Virus record (IMG/VR): IMGVR_UViG_3300032093_000049 | Coordinates: 36,017-100,016 of that record | Origin: a virus | Length of the DNA: 64,000 bases | Direction: 5' to 3' (one strand) | In this document: positions 30,191 to 37,047 of the stretch, in pieces | Position numbering within the stretch: position 1 is the first letter of the stretch | Layout of the letters: the number at the start of each line of letters is the position of its first letter | Made by a program: the position numbers and the translations under genes | Notes under the pieces: generated by a model | Databases searched by the model: none | Told to the model about the DNA's origin: nothing | Seen by the model: only the letters and a program-made list of their open reading frames with translations

Positions 30191-30457
30191 TTATTCATTA
30201 GTAACTGACTCATAAGTTTTTTCAAACACATCTGGTTTACATGCGTAGAACTCACCATTAACTCCCTTGATAACAAAGTCATTTACTGTAGCTTGCATAT
30301 CACCTTCAAGTGTTCTAATTACTAGTTTTGGCTTTACTGTTTCAAAGTCTACATTAAAATAACAGTCTTTGCAAAACTCAAATACCTTATCTCTGTTATC
30401 ACCCGTCCACTGAAGAGCCTGAATTACTACAGGCTTCTTTCTATAAAACTTTACCAT
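30191..30457 (-). CDS. Widespread small phage protein (PGDYG-like; 88 aa)
   Basis: YRKKPVVIQALQW...TLEGDM...IKGVNGEFYACKPDVFEKTYE. Confidence 0.75.
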   Translation of the reverse strand: MVKFYRKKPVVIQALQWTGDNRDKVFEFCKDCYFNVDFETVKPKLVIRTLEGDMQATVNDFVIKGVNGEFYACKPDVFEKTYESVTNE

Positions 30458-30726
30458 ACTATTGCAACATCACCTTCGCTCAACATGAGCTTAACATCAC
30501 CTTCTATTTCTACCTTCTCTGCATTCTGGAGTGAACCAGTAGTTACATATACTTTATCCCCCGGTGATACTTTCTCTACTGTATCCCCCGTAGCATAAAC
30601 ATTAAGCTTAGTCCAAAGCTTCATAGCTTCTTGCATTACTGCTTCCTCATCTTTTGCTGTAAGCTCAATTACTGATTCCTTCTTCTTAGGAATATCAATC
30701 AGGATTCTTCTCCCCATCAACTTCAT
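30451..30726 (-). CDS. GroES-like co-chaperonin (91 aa)
   Basis: MKLMGRRILI, VYATG...VSPGDKVY, LSEGDVA match the Cpn10 pattern. Confidence 0.75.
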   Translation of the reverse strand: MKLMGRRILIDIPKKKESVIELTAKDEEAVMQEAMKLWTKLNVYATGDTVEKVSPGDKVYVTTGSLQNAEKVEIEGDVKLMLSEGDVAIVW

Positions 30727-30976
30727 CTGTGTAATGTTTAAGTGTTATTAATTTTACTACTGCCATTTGTGCATTAACTATCTCCCCCACGGCATGATCA
30801 AACAGGAGACTCTTAAGCGGGTGTCTATTATTCTCTGTGTAATCCTTCTTCATTATCTCTGCTATCTCAGCAAACATAGACTTAATTTTAACTACAGTGT
30901 CTTCTGATTCTGGATTATAAGTAATTCCAATAAGCTGTTCACCAAAGCTTGGAATCTTTGTTTCTTTAATTTCCAT
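30695..30976 (-). CDS. Acb2/Tad1-like helical hairpin protein, candidate immune-signal sponge (93 aa)
   Basis: FGEQLIGITYNP...KIKSMFAEI...AVGEIVNAQMAVVKLIT resembles the A.T....AQMWAVKA.T hallmark. Confidence 0.6.
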   Translation of the reverse strand: MEIKETKIPSFGEQLIGITYNPESEDTVVKIKSMFAEIAEIMKKDYTENNRHPLKSLLFDHAVGEIVNAQMAVVKLITLKHYTDEVDGEKNPD

Positions 30977-31164
30977 TACGCATCATATGATTGGTTAGAC
31001 TTAGATACTTTCTCTACACGAAGGTTTTCAAAGATACTATGCTTAACTTGTTCTAGTATTCCTACTAGAGTTGCTGGGCTAATACTACCAGATGCATCAC
31101 CCATTTGAACTACTATTTGGTCATCCTTATCTATGATGACTTCAAGTACTACTCTATCTTCCAT
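30976..31164 (-). CDS. Hypothetical protein (62 aa)
   Basis: Stop/start overlap; LVGILEQVK. Confidence 0.6.
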   Translation of the reverse strand: MEDRVVLEVIIDKDDQIVVQMGDASGSISPATLVGILEQVKHSIFENLRVEKVSKSNQSYDA

Positions 31165-31186
31165 ATTTAAACTTTGTTGGTTTAAA

Positions 31187-31194
31187 CAAAGATA
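31187..31194 (-). promoter_or_regulatory. Bacteroidota-type -7 box TATCTTTG
   Basis: TAnnTTTG between a terminator and the 31164 start. Confidence 0.5.
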
Positions 31195-31198
31195 GTAT

Positions 31199-31234
31199 AA
31201 AAAAAATAAGCTCCAAGTTTCCTAGGAGCTTATT
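31199..31234 (-). terminator. Intrinsic terminator
   Basis: ataagctcc/ggagcttat stem plus long T tract. Confidence 0.75.
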
Positions 31235-31293
31235 ATTCGTCATTTATCCATTAATCACTATGCCAAGCAGGGCTCTACAAATGTAGAACTATT

Positions 31294-31452
31294 TTATTTA
31301 ATTACAATATATGATGAATATTTTTTTTGTAACTCTAAATCATTCTTATGTATATCATATTCTTCTACTGATCCATAAGCATCACACTTGTGTGAGGTAG
31401 ACTTACATGATGCCAACATAATCAAACCGGTAACTACTAATAACTTTTTCAT
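31294..31452 (-). CDS. 52-aa lipoprotein (not in ORF track)
   Basis: MKKLLVVTGLIMLASCKSTSHKCDAYG...; lipobox LASC; ATGA overlap with the upstream ORF. Confidence 0.7.
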   Translation of the reverse strand: MKKLLVVTGLIMLASCKSTSHKCDAYGSVEEYDIHKNDLELQKKYSSYIVIK

Positions 31453-31589
31453 CTTCCCTGTCCCCTATATAATTTCTTGTAATTCCTAGACTTCTTTGAA
31501 ACAGATGTTTTAGTCTTTGCATGTACGCCTGGGCGTGACACCTTGTTCTTTGCATATGCTCTTACAGCTGCATCTTTAACCTTTGCCAT
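31449..31589 (-). CDS. 46-aa basic protein ending YRGQGR (not in ORF track)
   Basis: MAKVKDAAVRAYAKNKVSRPGVHAKTKTSVSKKSRNYKKLYRGQGR; TATATTATA box upstream at 31604-31612. Confidence 0.7.
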   Translation of the reverse strand: MAKVKDAAVRAYAKNKVSRPGVHAKTKTSVSKKSRNYKKLYRGQGR

Positions 31590-31619
31590 AGTATATCCTT
31601 TTTTATAATATACTAATTA

Positions 31620-31844
31620 TTATTTTCCAATAAGAGGATCTATTGCTTTTTTCATATTTCTACGAAACGTAATATTACTTTTAGCTTTTATATCTCTATG
31701 AGTAAACTGCCAAAATTCTCCTGTACTATTTATAATCACAGTATAAATAGTGTCTGTCTCATGACCATAGTCTGTTATCATCCATATGAAGCCTGAGCCT
31801 TTTGGTGTATCTACTTCTACTCTATTTTTAGGTTCATACATCAT
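31620..31844 (-). CDS. Small hypothetical beta protein (likely start MMYEP)
   Basis: VDTPKGSG...DYG.E......GEFW pattern. Confidence 0.6.
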   Translation of the reverse strand: MMYEPKNRVEVDTPKGSGFIWMITDYGHETDTIYTVIINSTGEFWQFTHRDIKAKSNITFRRNMKKAIDPLIGK

Positions 31845-32508
31845 ATTCAATAATTTTAATTCTTTCATCTCTTCCTACTAGTTGCTTGTATAAGTCTACA
31901 TCACTAGACCATTCTTGACCGGTCCAAAACTCAAACCCGGGATAGTTAGCTTTATACTCACAACATTTTTCATACCCACCTAAGAGATAAACATATTCAC
32001 AATCAAGTAGCTTAGCAGTCTCACATTCATAGTACTGAGCAACTGTACCTAGGGATAATTTAGGGTCTGCATAATCCCATATAAACTGATATGCTACAAA
32101 CTGTGTTTCAAACTGTTTATATAAACTAATCCCTACTAGGTAATCTGTCCAGTATTCTATAACCTGACAATCTTTAAAAGACTCTAACTTAATATCTCTT
32201 TTAAACCCATGATAAGAACAGTACTTTTCATAAAGCTCTTCATACATCTCTTTATGAGCTAATACATCTCCTACAGCAACATTAACTTTCTTAGATAATT
32301 TTTTTGTAGTCTTTGTGGGTTGATAAATACTCAGATCTAATCTAGTGCTACGCTCATTATACCATCTGCCCTCCCATGGTATCCATCCTTGCTTTAGTGC
32401 ATCTATACAAGATTCATTTGGTTCTAATATACCATAGGCACAGTTAATGATAAGCTCTAGATCACTGACTTTACCAAAGCCTTTGATATGGTCAAAGTAT
32501 ACTTTCAC
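31834..32508 (-). CDS. ATE1/Bpt-like aminoacyl-tRNA--protein transferase (224 aa)
   Basis: LYEKY...H, WDYADPKLSLGT, YVYL.GY...C.YK..Y matches ATE_C; STRLDL...PTKTTKK matches the ATE_N tail. Confidence 0.78.
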   Translation of the reverse strand: MKVYFDHIKGFGKVSDLELIINCAYGILEPNESCIDALKQGWIPWEGRWYNERSTRLDLSIYQPTKTTKKLSKKVNVAVGDVLAHKEMYEELYEKYCSYHGFKRDIKLESFKDCQVIEYWTDYLVGISLYKQFETQFVAYQFIWDYADPKLSLGTVAQYYECETAKLLDCEYVYLLGGYEKCCEYKANYPGFEFWTGQEWSSDVDLYKQLVGRDERIKIIEYDV

Positions 32509-32918
32509 TTAGTAAATTTATCTAGCTTAAGCATCTTCACTATCCTATTAGTAATATCTTCTGCTTCAGATATTGTCTCTTCTTCCTTATCCCGGATATC
32601 CCAGTTATTAAGCAAAATAACTATATGCATAGCCTCATGATTAACAAGGGTAATATCAGTAAACTTTCCAGTAAAGTGTTTTTTGTTCAGAAAGAGAAAA
32701 GGTTTATACGGGGCTTTTGCTGTAAGCTTCTTGTCCCGGGGATCATAATTAGTCCAACCATATATATAAACACCATTACCTGTAGTCTTATCAACTTCTT
32801 CTGCCTGGGCATCTTTACGGTTCAACCCGTGCATCTCTTTGACACCATAGTAATCAAAGATCTCAGTAGCATCATCTCCTATAAGAAGAACAAACTTCCC
32901 CATATCAATCTTCTTCAT
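32505..32918 (-). CDS. HExxH zinc-metallopeptidase-like protein (likely start MKKIDM, 137 aa)
   Basis: LVNHEAMHI with downstream EE; ATGA overlap with the transferase gene. Confidence 0.6.
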   Translation of the reverse strand: MKKIDMGKFVLLIGDDATEIFDYYGVKEMHGLNRKDAQAEEVDKTTGNGVYIYGWTNYDPRDKKLTAKAPYKPFLFLNKKHFTGKFTDITLVNHEAMHIVILLNNWDIRDKEEETISEAEDITNRIVKMLKLDKFTK

Positions 32919-32995
32919 AAGGTAAAGATAAAACAAAATACTATAAGGGTAAAATTTTAATACTATAGTAGAGCATGTGATGGGTCCTATATCAC

Positions 32996-33056
32996 AAGCC
33001 CCCCGGCTGCCGCGCAAGGGTGGGGACCCCCCTTGACTTGCACCACGTGGGAGCAA
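32996..33056. other. GC-rich island at the divergent strand switch
   Basis: gccccccggctgccgcgcaagggtggggaccccccttgac in an otherwise AT-rich genome; coding strand flips here. Confidence 0.6.
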
Positions 33057-33122
33057 TCTTGCAGCAAAGCATGCAACTTTTTTCCCTTGTCAAAAAGTTT
33101 TTGCTTATGCTGGATTGCATGC

Positions 33123-33144
33123 TTGTTCAGACAACCCTTTACTC
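33123..33144 (+). promoter_or_regulatory. Early promoter-like repeat, copy 1 (core GACAACCCT)
   Basis: ttgttcagacaacccttTactc; similar copies at 33580 and 34792. Confidence 0.6.
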
Positions 33145-33169
33145 ATTTTGTAACATAAACTTATACAAA

Positions 33170-33493
33170 ATGAAAAAACAATTTTCTTGCACAGCTTTGT
33201 TCCAGTACAATGCCAAGGATGGCAATTGGGACCAAATCATCATTAAAGCCTCTGATGTGGCAATGCCACCAGAGACTTATGAAGGTGTCACTCGGCCAAA
33301 AACATATTGGCCAGTTCACACCAATTATGCTCAGGCATGCAAACTTGTCAGCGGTATGACATACCTTGCCACGTTTACACTCACACCTGAGCCGGGCCAA
33401 CCTCATGACAAACTCAGTTTGTCTGATATTGACCCAATCAAGAGCAAGATTGAGCAAAGACAGCTTGCTGCCGAGCTCAAATCTGCTCAATGA
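33170..33493 (+). CDS. Early hypothetical protein (likely start MKKQF, 107 aa)
   Basis: A-rich leader, follows the repeat motif, ends before a terminator. Confidence 0.65.
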   Translation: MKKQFSCTALFQYNAKDGNWDQIIIKASDVAMPPETYEGVTRPKTYWPVHTNYAQACKLVSGMTYLATFTLTPEPGQPHDKLSLSDIDPIKSKIEQRQLAAELKSAQ

Positions 33494-33499
33494 TTGCAC

Positions 33500-33527
33500 A
33501 GAGTAACAGAAATGTTACTCTTTTTTT
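33500..33527 (+). terminator. Intrinsic terminator
   Basis: agagtaaca-gaaa-tgttactct followed by a T tract. Confidence 0.85.
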
Positions 33528-33579
33528 CTTCACATTTTTTCACAACAACTTCTCTTTCTTACGCAGACTATGCACATCC

Positions 33580-33600
33580 TTGTTTGGACAACCCTTAACT
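33580..33600 (+). promoter_or_regulatory. Early promoter-like repeat, copy 2
   Basis: ttgtttggacaacccttaact downstream of a terminator. Confidence 0.6.
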
Positions 33601-33680
33601 TAACATGGACACAAGCAGAAATGCACATGTGTTCACAGGTAATTCACTTTATTTATTCACATCTTAAAAACTTACACAAG

Positions 33681-34220
33681 ATGGCACTTAAAGCAACATG
33701 GTCTTTCTCAAGAAAAGACACAACAGGCAAAGCAGACGAATTATTGGCACGTGGTGACAAAGGAGTTTGCCCAGAAGGACACAGACATTTCTATACTGTC
33801 TCAGGTCCTAAAGAAGAACTGCAGTTGTACATTGACACTGTCAAAACAGCAACATTCAATCCGGTCAGTGATGATGGATCAGTTATCTTCTCAACTCTTT
33901 ATCCAAGCATTACAGATGAGTGCACACTCTACAGATCACGCAAAGTGAATCCAAAGACTGGCACTTATAACTACGGTTTGGATGAATCAGGCTTTACACG
34001 TCTTACTGGTCAGTTAGACAGAGTTAAGAATGAGAAGATCCAAGACATTCTCATCAATGCAAAGGCTTACAGTGTTATGGGGCTCAAGCCAAGTGCAACT
34101 GCTGTACAGGCAATGAACAGCATTGACATTGATTCTGTAGATGATGACACTGATCAGGACACAGAGGCTCCAAAGCCTAAAGCAAAAGCCAAAGTAAATC
34201 CAGAGAGTGAAGCAGAGTAA
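33681..34220 (+). CDS. Early hypothetical protein with acidic tail (likely start MALKAT, 179 aa)
   Basis: A-rich leader; the upstream extension overlaps the repeat motif. Confidence 0.65.
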   Translation: MALKATWSFSRKDTTGKADELLARGDKGVCPEGHRHFYTVSGPKEELQLYIDTVKTATFNPVSDDGSVIFSTLYPSITDECTLYRSRKVNPKTGTYNYGLDESGFTRLTGQLDRVKNEKIQDILINAKAYSVMGLKPSATAVQAMNSIDIDSVDDDTDQDTEAPKPKAKAKVNPESEAE

Positions 34221-34242
34221 CTCAAGGATTTCACATGATCAC

Positions 34243-34273
34243 ACAGGGTGGGCACATGCCTGCCCTGTTCTTT
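34243..34273 (+). terminator. Intrinsic terminator
   Basis: acagggtgggca/tgcctgccctgt stem plus tcttt. Confidence 0.65.
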
Positions 34274-34302
34274 AACAATTCAATCACTTAACCTTACACA
34301 GC

Positions 34303-34491
34303 ATGAATCCATTGTACTCAATTTACAACACTATCTTCACATATACTAAAGATGGTATTGAACACATCACAAGTAATCCTTACTTAGCATTAAAAAGAAA
34401 GGCACAAGGTCTTCAGGTTAAACGTTACATTATAACAGAAGAAGGCACTTATTCATGGTCATGGGAATACAGTTATCCACCTACAATATAA
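34303..34491 (+). CDS. Hypothetical protein (62 aa)
   Basis: ORF; weakly similar to 35622..35750. Confidence 0.55.
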   Translation: MNPLYSIYNTIFTYTKDGIEHITSNPYLALKRKAQGLQVKRYIITEEGTYSWSWEYSYPPTI

Positions 34492-34506
34492 CAAACATTA
34501 CACATT

Positions 34507-34722
34507 ATGAAACCATTTGTTACAAAAGGAAAATTAGTTCTATTCATTACTGAACAAGACTACACAAACATTGAACAAGCATTTGTACATGCAGTCAAAT
34601 TAGGATACAGGCTAGAATCAGAAACTAGCAATCCTATCATAGGCAAGACACTTATAATGGTACAAGACTACACAGGTCTTTCACCATACAATAATAAACA
34701 ATCCCCAATTACTATAGAGTAA
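34507..34722 (+). CDS. Hypothetical protein (71 aa)
   Basis: ORF with A-rich leader. Confidence 0.55.
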   Translation: MKPFVTKGKLVLFITEQDYTNIEQAFVHAVKLGYRLESETSNPIIGKTLIMVQDYTGLSPYNNKQSPITIE

Positions 34723-34748
34723 TCTACAGTTTATGTTACACAAGACAT

Positions 34749-34777
34749 GAGCAGGGCTACACAAGCCTTGCTCTTTT
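34749..34777 (+). terminator. Intrinsic terminator
   Basis: gagcagggct/agccttgctc plus tttt. Confidence 0.65.
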
Positions 34778-34791
34778 GTCTTTCTCATATC

Positions 34792-34813
34792 CTATTTGGA
34801 CAACCCTCTACTC
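34792..34813 (+). promoter_or_regulatory. Early promoter-like repeat, copy 3
   Basis: ctatttggacaaccctctactc downstream of a terminator. Confidence 0.55.
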
Positions 34814-34937
34814 AAACTGATACAGGATATGCAGATATATGTACATTGAATACTGTTAATTGTATATTCTCCCTGGTCACTGAAACTGTATCAGCGTATG
34901 CACATGTGTATTAAGTATTAACTATTCACAATATACT

Positions 34938-35025
34938 ATTCTTGGATTCCTAAAGGTAAACAAGTCTTGGAAATTACGGGGTGAGTATCCAGTAAACACT
35001 GGAAAACATTCTTGGATTCCTAAAG
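34938..35025. repeat. Perfect 18-bp direct repeat pair, 70-bp period
   Basis: attcttggattcctaaag at 34938-34955 and 35008-35025. Confidence 0.85.
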
Positions 35026-35194
35026 TTGAGTATAAATAATACATAATTACTTTAAGTAAGAGGGGCTAAGTAGTTGAGAATCAATCATACCTTATACTCA
35101 TACTACTTAACCAAAGCTCAAAATACACACATAAGTAGCCACTCTTCACTGAGTATATGGCTATAAAACACTGCAATCAATTAAAACTATACAT

Positions 35195-35467
35195 ATGAAA
35201 AGAGAGTATATGATTACAACTGTATTTGTTCTACTATCTATTGTATTCTTTACTATAGGATTCTCTATAGGAGACATTAATAGAAGAGCAACAGAGTCTC
35301 CCGCGGATATATCTCAGGACTGGTCTGATGTTGGTGGTAACATTGACATAGAATACTACTTAGAAGTATCTGAAGATAGTATCTGGATAGAAAACTACAA
35401 TACCCACAAAGTATATGGTGGTAAGTATTCAGATCTTGACAGTCTAATACTAATAGACAATCTTTAA
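35195..35467 (+). CDS. Membrane-anchored hypothetical protein (90 aa)
   Basis: N-terminal TM segment, acidic remainder. Confidence 0.65.
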   Translation: MKREYMITTVFVLLSIVFFTIGFSIGDINRRATESPADISQDWSDVGGNIDIEYYLEVSEDSIWIENYNTHKVYGGKYSDLDSLILIDNL

Positions 35468-35560
35468 TTAATACGTAACCCTTTTATCTGATTACATATA
35501 TGTATGATTACTCTTTGTATGAGTATTACTTTATTAAGTAGTCTCATAGCCACCCGAGAT

Positions 35561-35588
35561 TATCCTGAGTATGATATAAAACTACTCA
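35561..35588 (+). promoter_or_regulatory. Putative H-type RNA pseudoknot, copy 1
   Basis: tatc[ctgagtat]gata...tactca; loop TGAGTA pairs with downstream TACTCA. Confidence 0.55.
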
Positions 35589-35621
35589 TTCATTAGTATA
35601 TTCACCCTCAAAATAAATTAC

Positions 35622-35750
35622 ATGGAGGATAACAAAGTAATACTCTTTGAGTATACAAGAAATGGTGTTACTTATTACACCCCAAATGAAATCATTGCCA
35701 GCATGCGCAGTGAAGACGGTAAGTACTATAGCATAGAGTACACACTGTAA
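35622..35750 (+). CDS. 42-aa protein (not in ORF track)
   Basis: MEDNKVILFEYTRNGVTYYTPNEIIASMRSEDGKYYSIEYTL. Confidence 0.6.
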   Translation: MEDNKVILFEYTRNGVTYYTPNEIIASMRSEDGKYYSIEYTL

Positions 35751-35766
35751 ATTAATTACCAATATT

Positions 35767-35861
35767 ACTCTCATCCAATTGCAGGATAACATACTACCAA
35801 TTGGCTTATGATGCCTCGGTGTTGGATGTATGTCAAGGGTTGCAACCTTGTGAGAGTACCA
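35767..35861 (+). ncRNA. tRNA-shaped RNA with encoded ACCA end and non-canonical loops (95 nt)
   Basis: actctca/tgagagt 7-bp stem plus ACCA; caagg-gttgcaa-ccttg 5-bp/7-nt arm; tcc-aattgca-gga arm; acatac/gtatgt long arm. Confidence 0.5.
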
Positions 35862-35864
35862 TAT

Positions 35865-35943
35865 AACAAAGAGAACAACTCGTACCATGGGGTTGCCTGT
35901 TAGATCAACAATGGTTAGGTCGTGGGCTTTAGTTCTCTTTGTT
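35865..35943 (+). ncRNA. Long stem-loop element
   Basis: aacaaagagaac/gttctctttgtt 12-bp closing stem. Confidence 0.4.
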
Positions 35944-35950
35944 TTATTAA

Positions 35951-36105
35951 TGCACCATTCCTGATTCCCAAGGTCAGGCAGTTGTAAGTATCATCTTAAG
36001 TTCCAAGAGAGTACTTGTGCATCACGAGTGGAATGTAGACTGTGAAACCGTAACGGGTGGAGTTTATGTACTTGCACAGTGATCTTACAACTGAGTGCAG
36101 AGGGG
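35951..36105 (+). ncRNA. Structured RNA, scaffold family copy A
   Basis: tgcac...cctga/tcagg hairpin, cagttgtaag/cttacaactg stem, gtgca-gagggg. Confidence 0.6.
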
Positions 36106-36144
36106 TATAAACAATAGATTAATAAAACTTAAAACTCAACTCAA

Positions 36145-36339
36145 ATGAACTATCTTATCAAAACCCAATCAGGTAACATGTACTCTTACTATACTACTAA
36201 AGACCTATCTAAATATATAGGGAGTAGTACACATATCTCCATTGGAGATGAATCATTCACGATACTACAAGTGTTAGAAGAGTATACTCCCTCAAAACGA
36301 TATATAGGTAATGAACCTTATGTTGTAACAGAACCTTAA
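36145..36339 (+). CDS. Hypothetical protein (64 aa)
   Basis: AACTCAAATG leader. Confidence 0.6.
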   Translation: MNYLIKTQSGNMYSYYTTKDLSKYIGSSTHISIGDESFTILQVLEEYTPSKRYIGNEPYVVTEP

Positions 36340-36352
36340 TTTAAAACTTAAA

Positions 36353-36574
36353 ATGAAAACAATTAAATCAATAACTGAAGAAAACTTTTTAGAGTATGTT
36401 ATACTTACAAGAAAGTTGAGAAAACATATAATGGTGATGGAATCATTGATGATTTTTAATAAAAGAAAGGGTAACAAAACAGGTTATTTCAAGAATCAAA
36501 TTGAGATAGCAGAAAAAAACTTCTTGAAATACAATAGACAGGTGCAAAGCCTGTATCCTAATGCACTAATCTGA
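36353..36574 (+). CDS. Hypothetical protein (73 aa)
   Basis: aaaacttaaaatg leader; 3' end overlaps RNA copy B. Confidence 0.55.
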   Translation: MKTIKSITEENFLEYVILTRKLRKHIMVMESLMIFNKRKGNKTGYFKNQIEIAEKNFLKYNRQVQSLYPNALI

Positions 36575-36666
36575 CCTTGGTCAGGCAGTTGTGATACTAA
36601 CATGTAGTTAGCCTGTGAGTATACGGGATGCTGGAATACCAGTTATCACAACTAAGTGCAGAGGGG
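36562..36666 (+). ncRNA. Structured RNA, scaffold family copy B
   Basis: tgcac...ctgac/gtcag hairpin, agttgtgata/tatcacaact stem enclosing three hairpins, gtgca-gagggg. Confidence 0.6.
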
Positions 36667-36763
36667 TCAAATAATAGGTTAGTAAAAATAGTTTAGAGCG
36701 GAACGGTTCCACTAACCTATGCTACATTGGTGGATAACCTCTGTAGCACTAATCTATCTTTGA

Positions 36764-36848
36764 TGCACTGACACAACTAATGAACAGAGGCCGTCATCAC
36801 AGGATTTATTCTGTCTATCTGCCTAGTAGTTAGTTGTGTCTCAGTGCA
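36764..36848 (+). ncRNA. Structured RNA related to copies A/B (element C)
   Basis: tgcactga/tcagtgca and cacaactaa/ttagttgtg stems. Confidence 0.45.
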
Positions 36849-36885
36849 AAAAAGTATTAATCAGTAACCAATTAAACACACATAT

Positions 36886-37047
36886 ATGATTTCAAATTTG
36901 ATTTTGGAAATTGCTGTATTAGTAACAGCAGTAAATGGTTCTTGTCCTAAAGAGTACAAAGAATCATTAAGTAAATTACAGAAGAGTGATTTGCTTATGC
37001 TCAAAGAATCTTATGAGCAAGAACTCTCTATTGTTACAAAAAATTGA
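36886..37047 (+). CDS. 53-aa protein (not in ORF track)
   Basis: MISNLILEIAVLVTAVNGSCPKEYKESLSKLQKSDLLMLKESYEQELSIVTKN. Confidence 0.5.
   Translation: MISNLILEIAVLVTAVNGSCPKEYKESLSKLQKSDLLMLKESYEQELSIVTKN

Noticed and set aside
32919-33169. N-terminal extensions of ORFs 32505..33056 and 33020..33493
   Set aside because: They overlap each other across the GC-rich switch region and promoter-like motif; downstream ATGs with A-rich leaders fit better.
34938-35025. 18-bp repeat pair as a mini-CRISPR array
   Set aside because: Only two copies, repeat too short, 52-bp spacer, no cas genes seen.
35951-36666. HDV-like/theta, twister, pistol or hammerhead ribozyme identity for elements A/B
   Set aside because: Could not map the required nested pseudoknots or catalytic cores by eye; left unassigned pending a cmscan.
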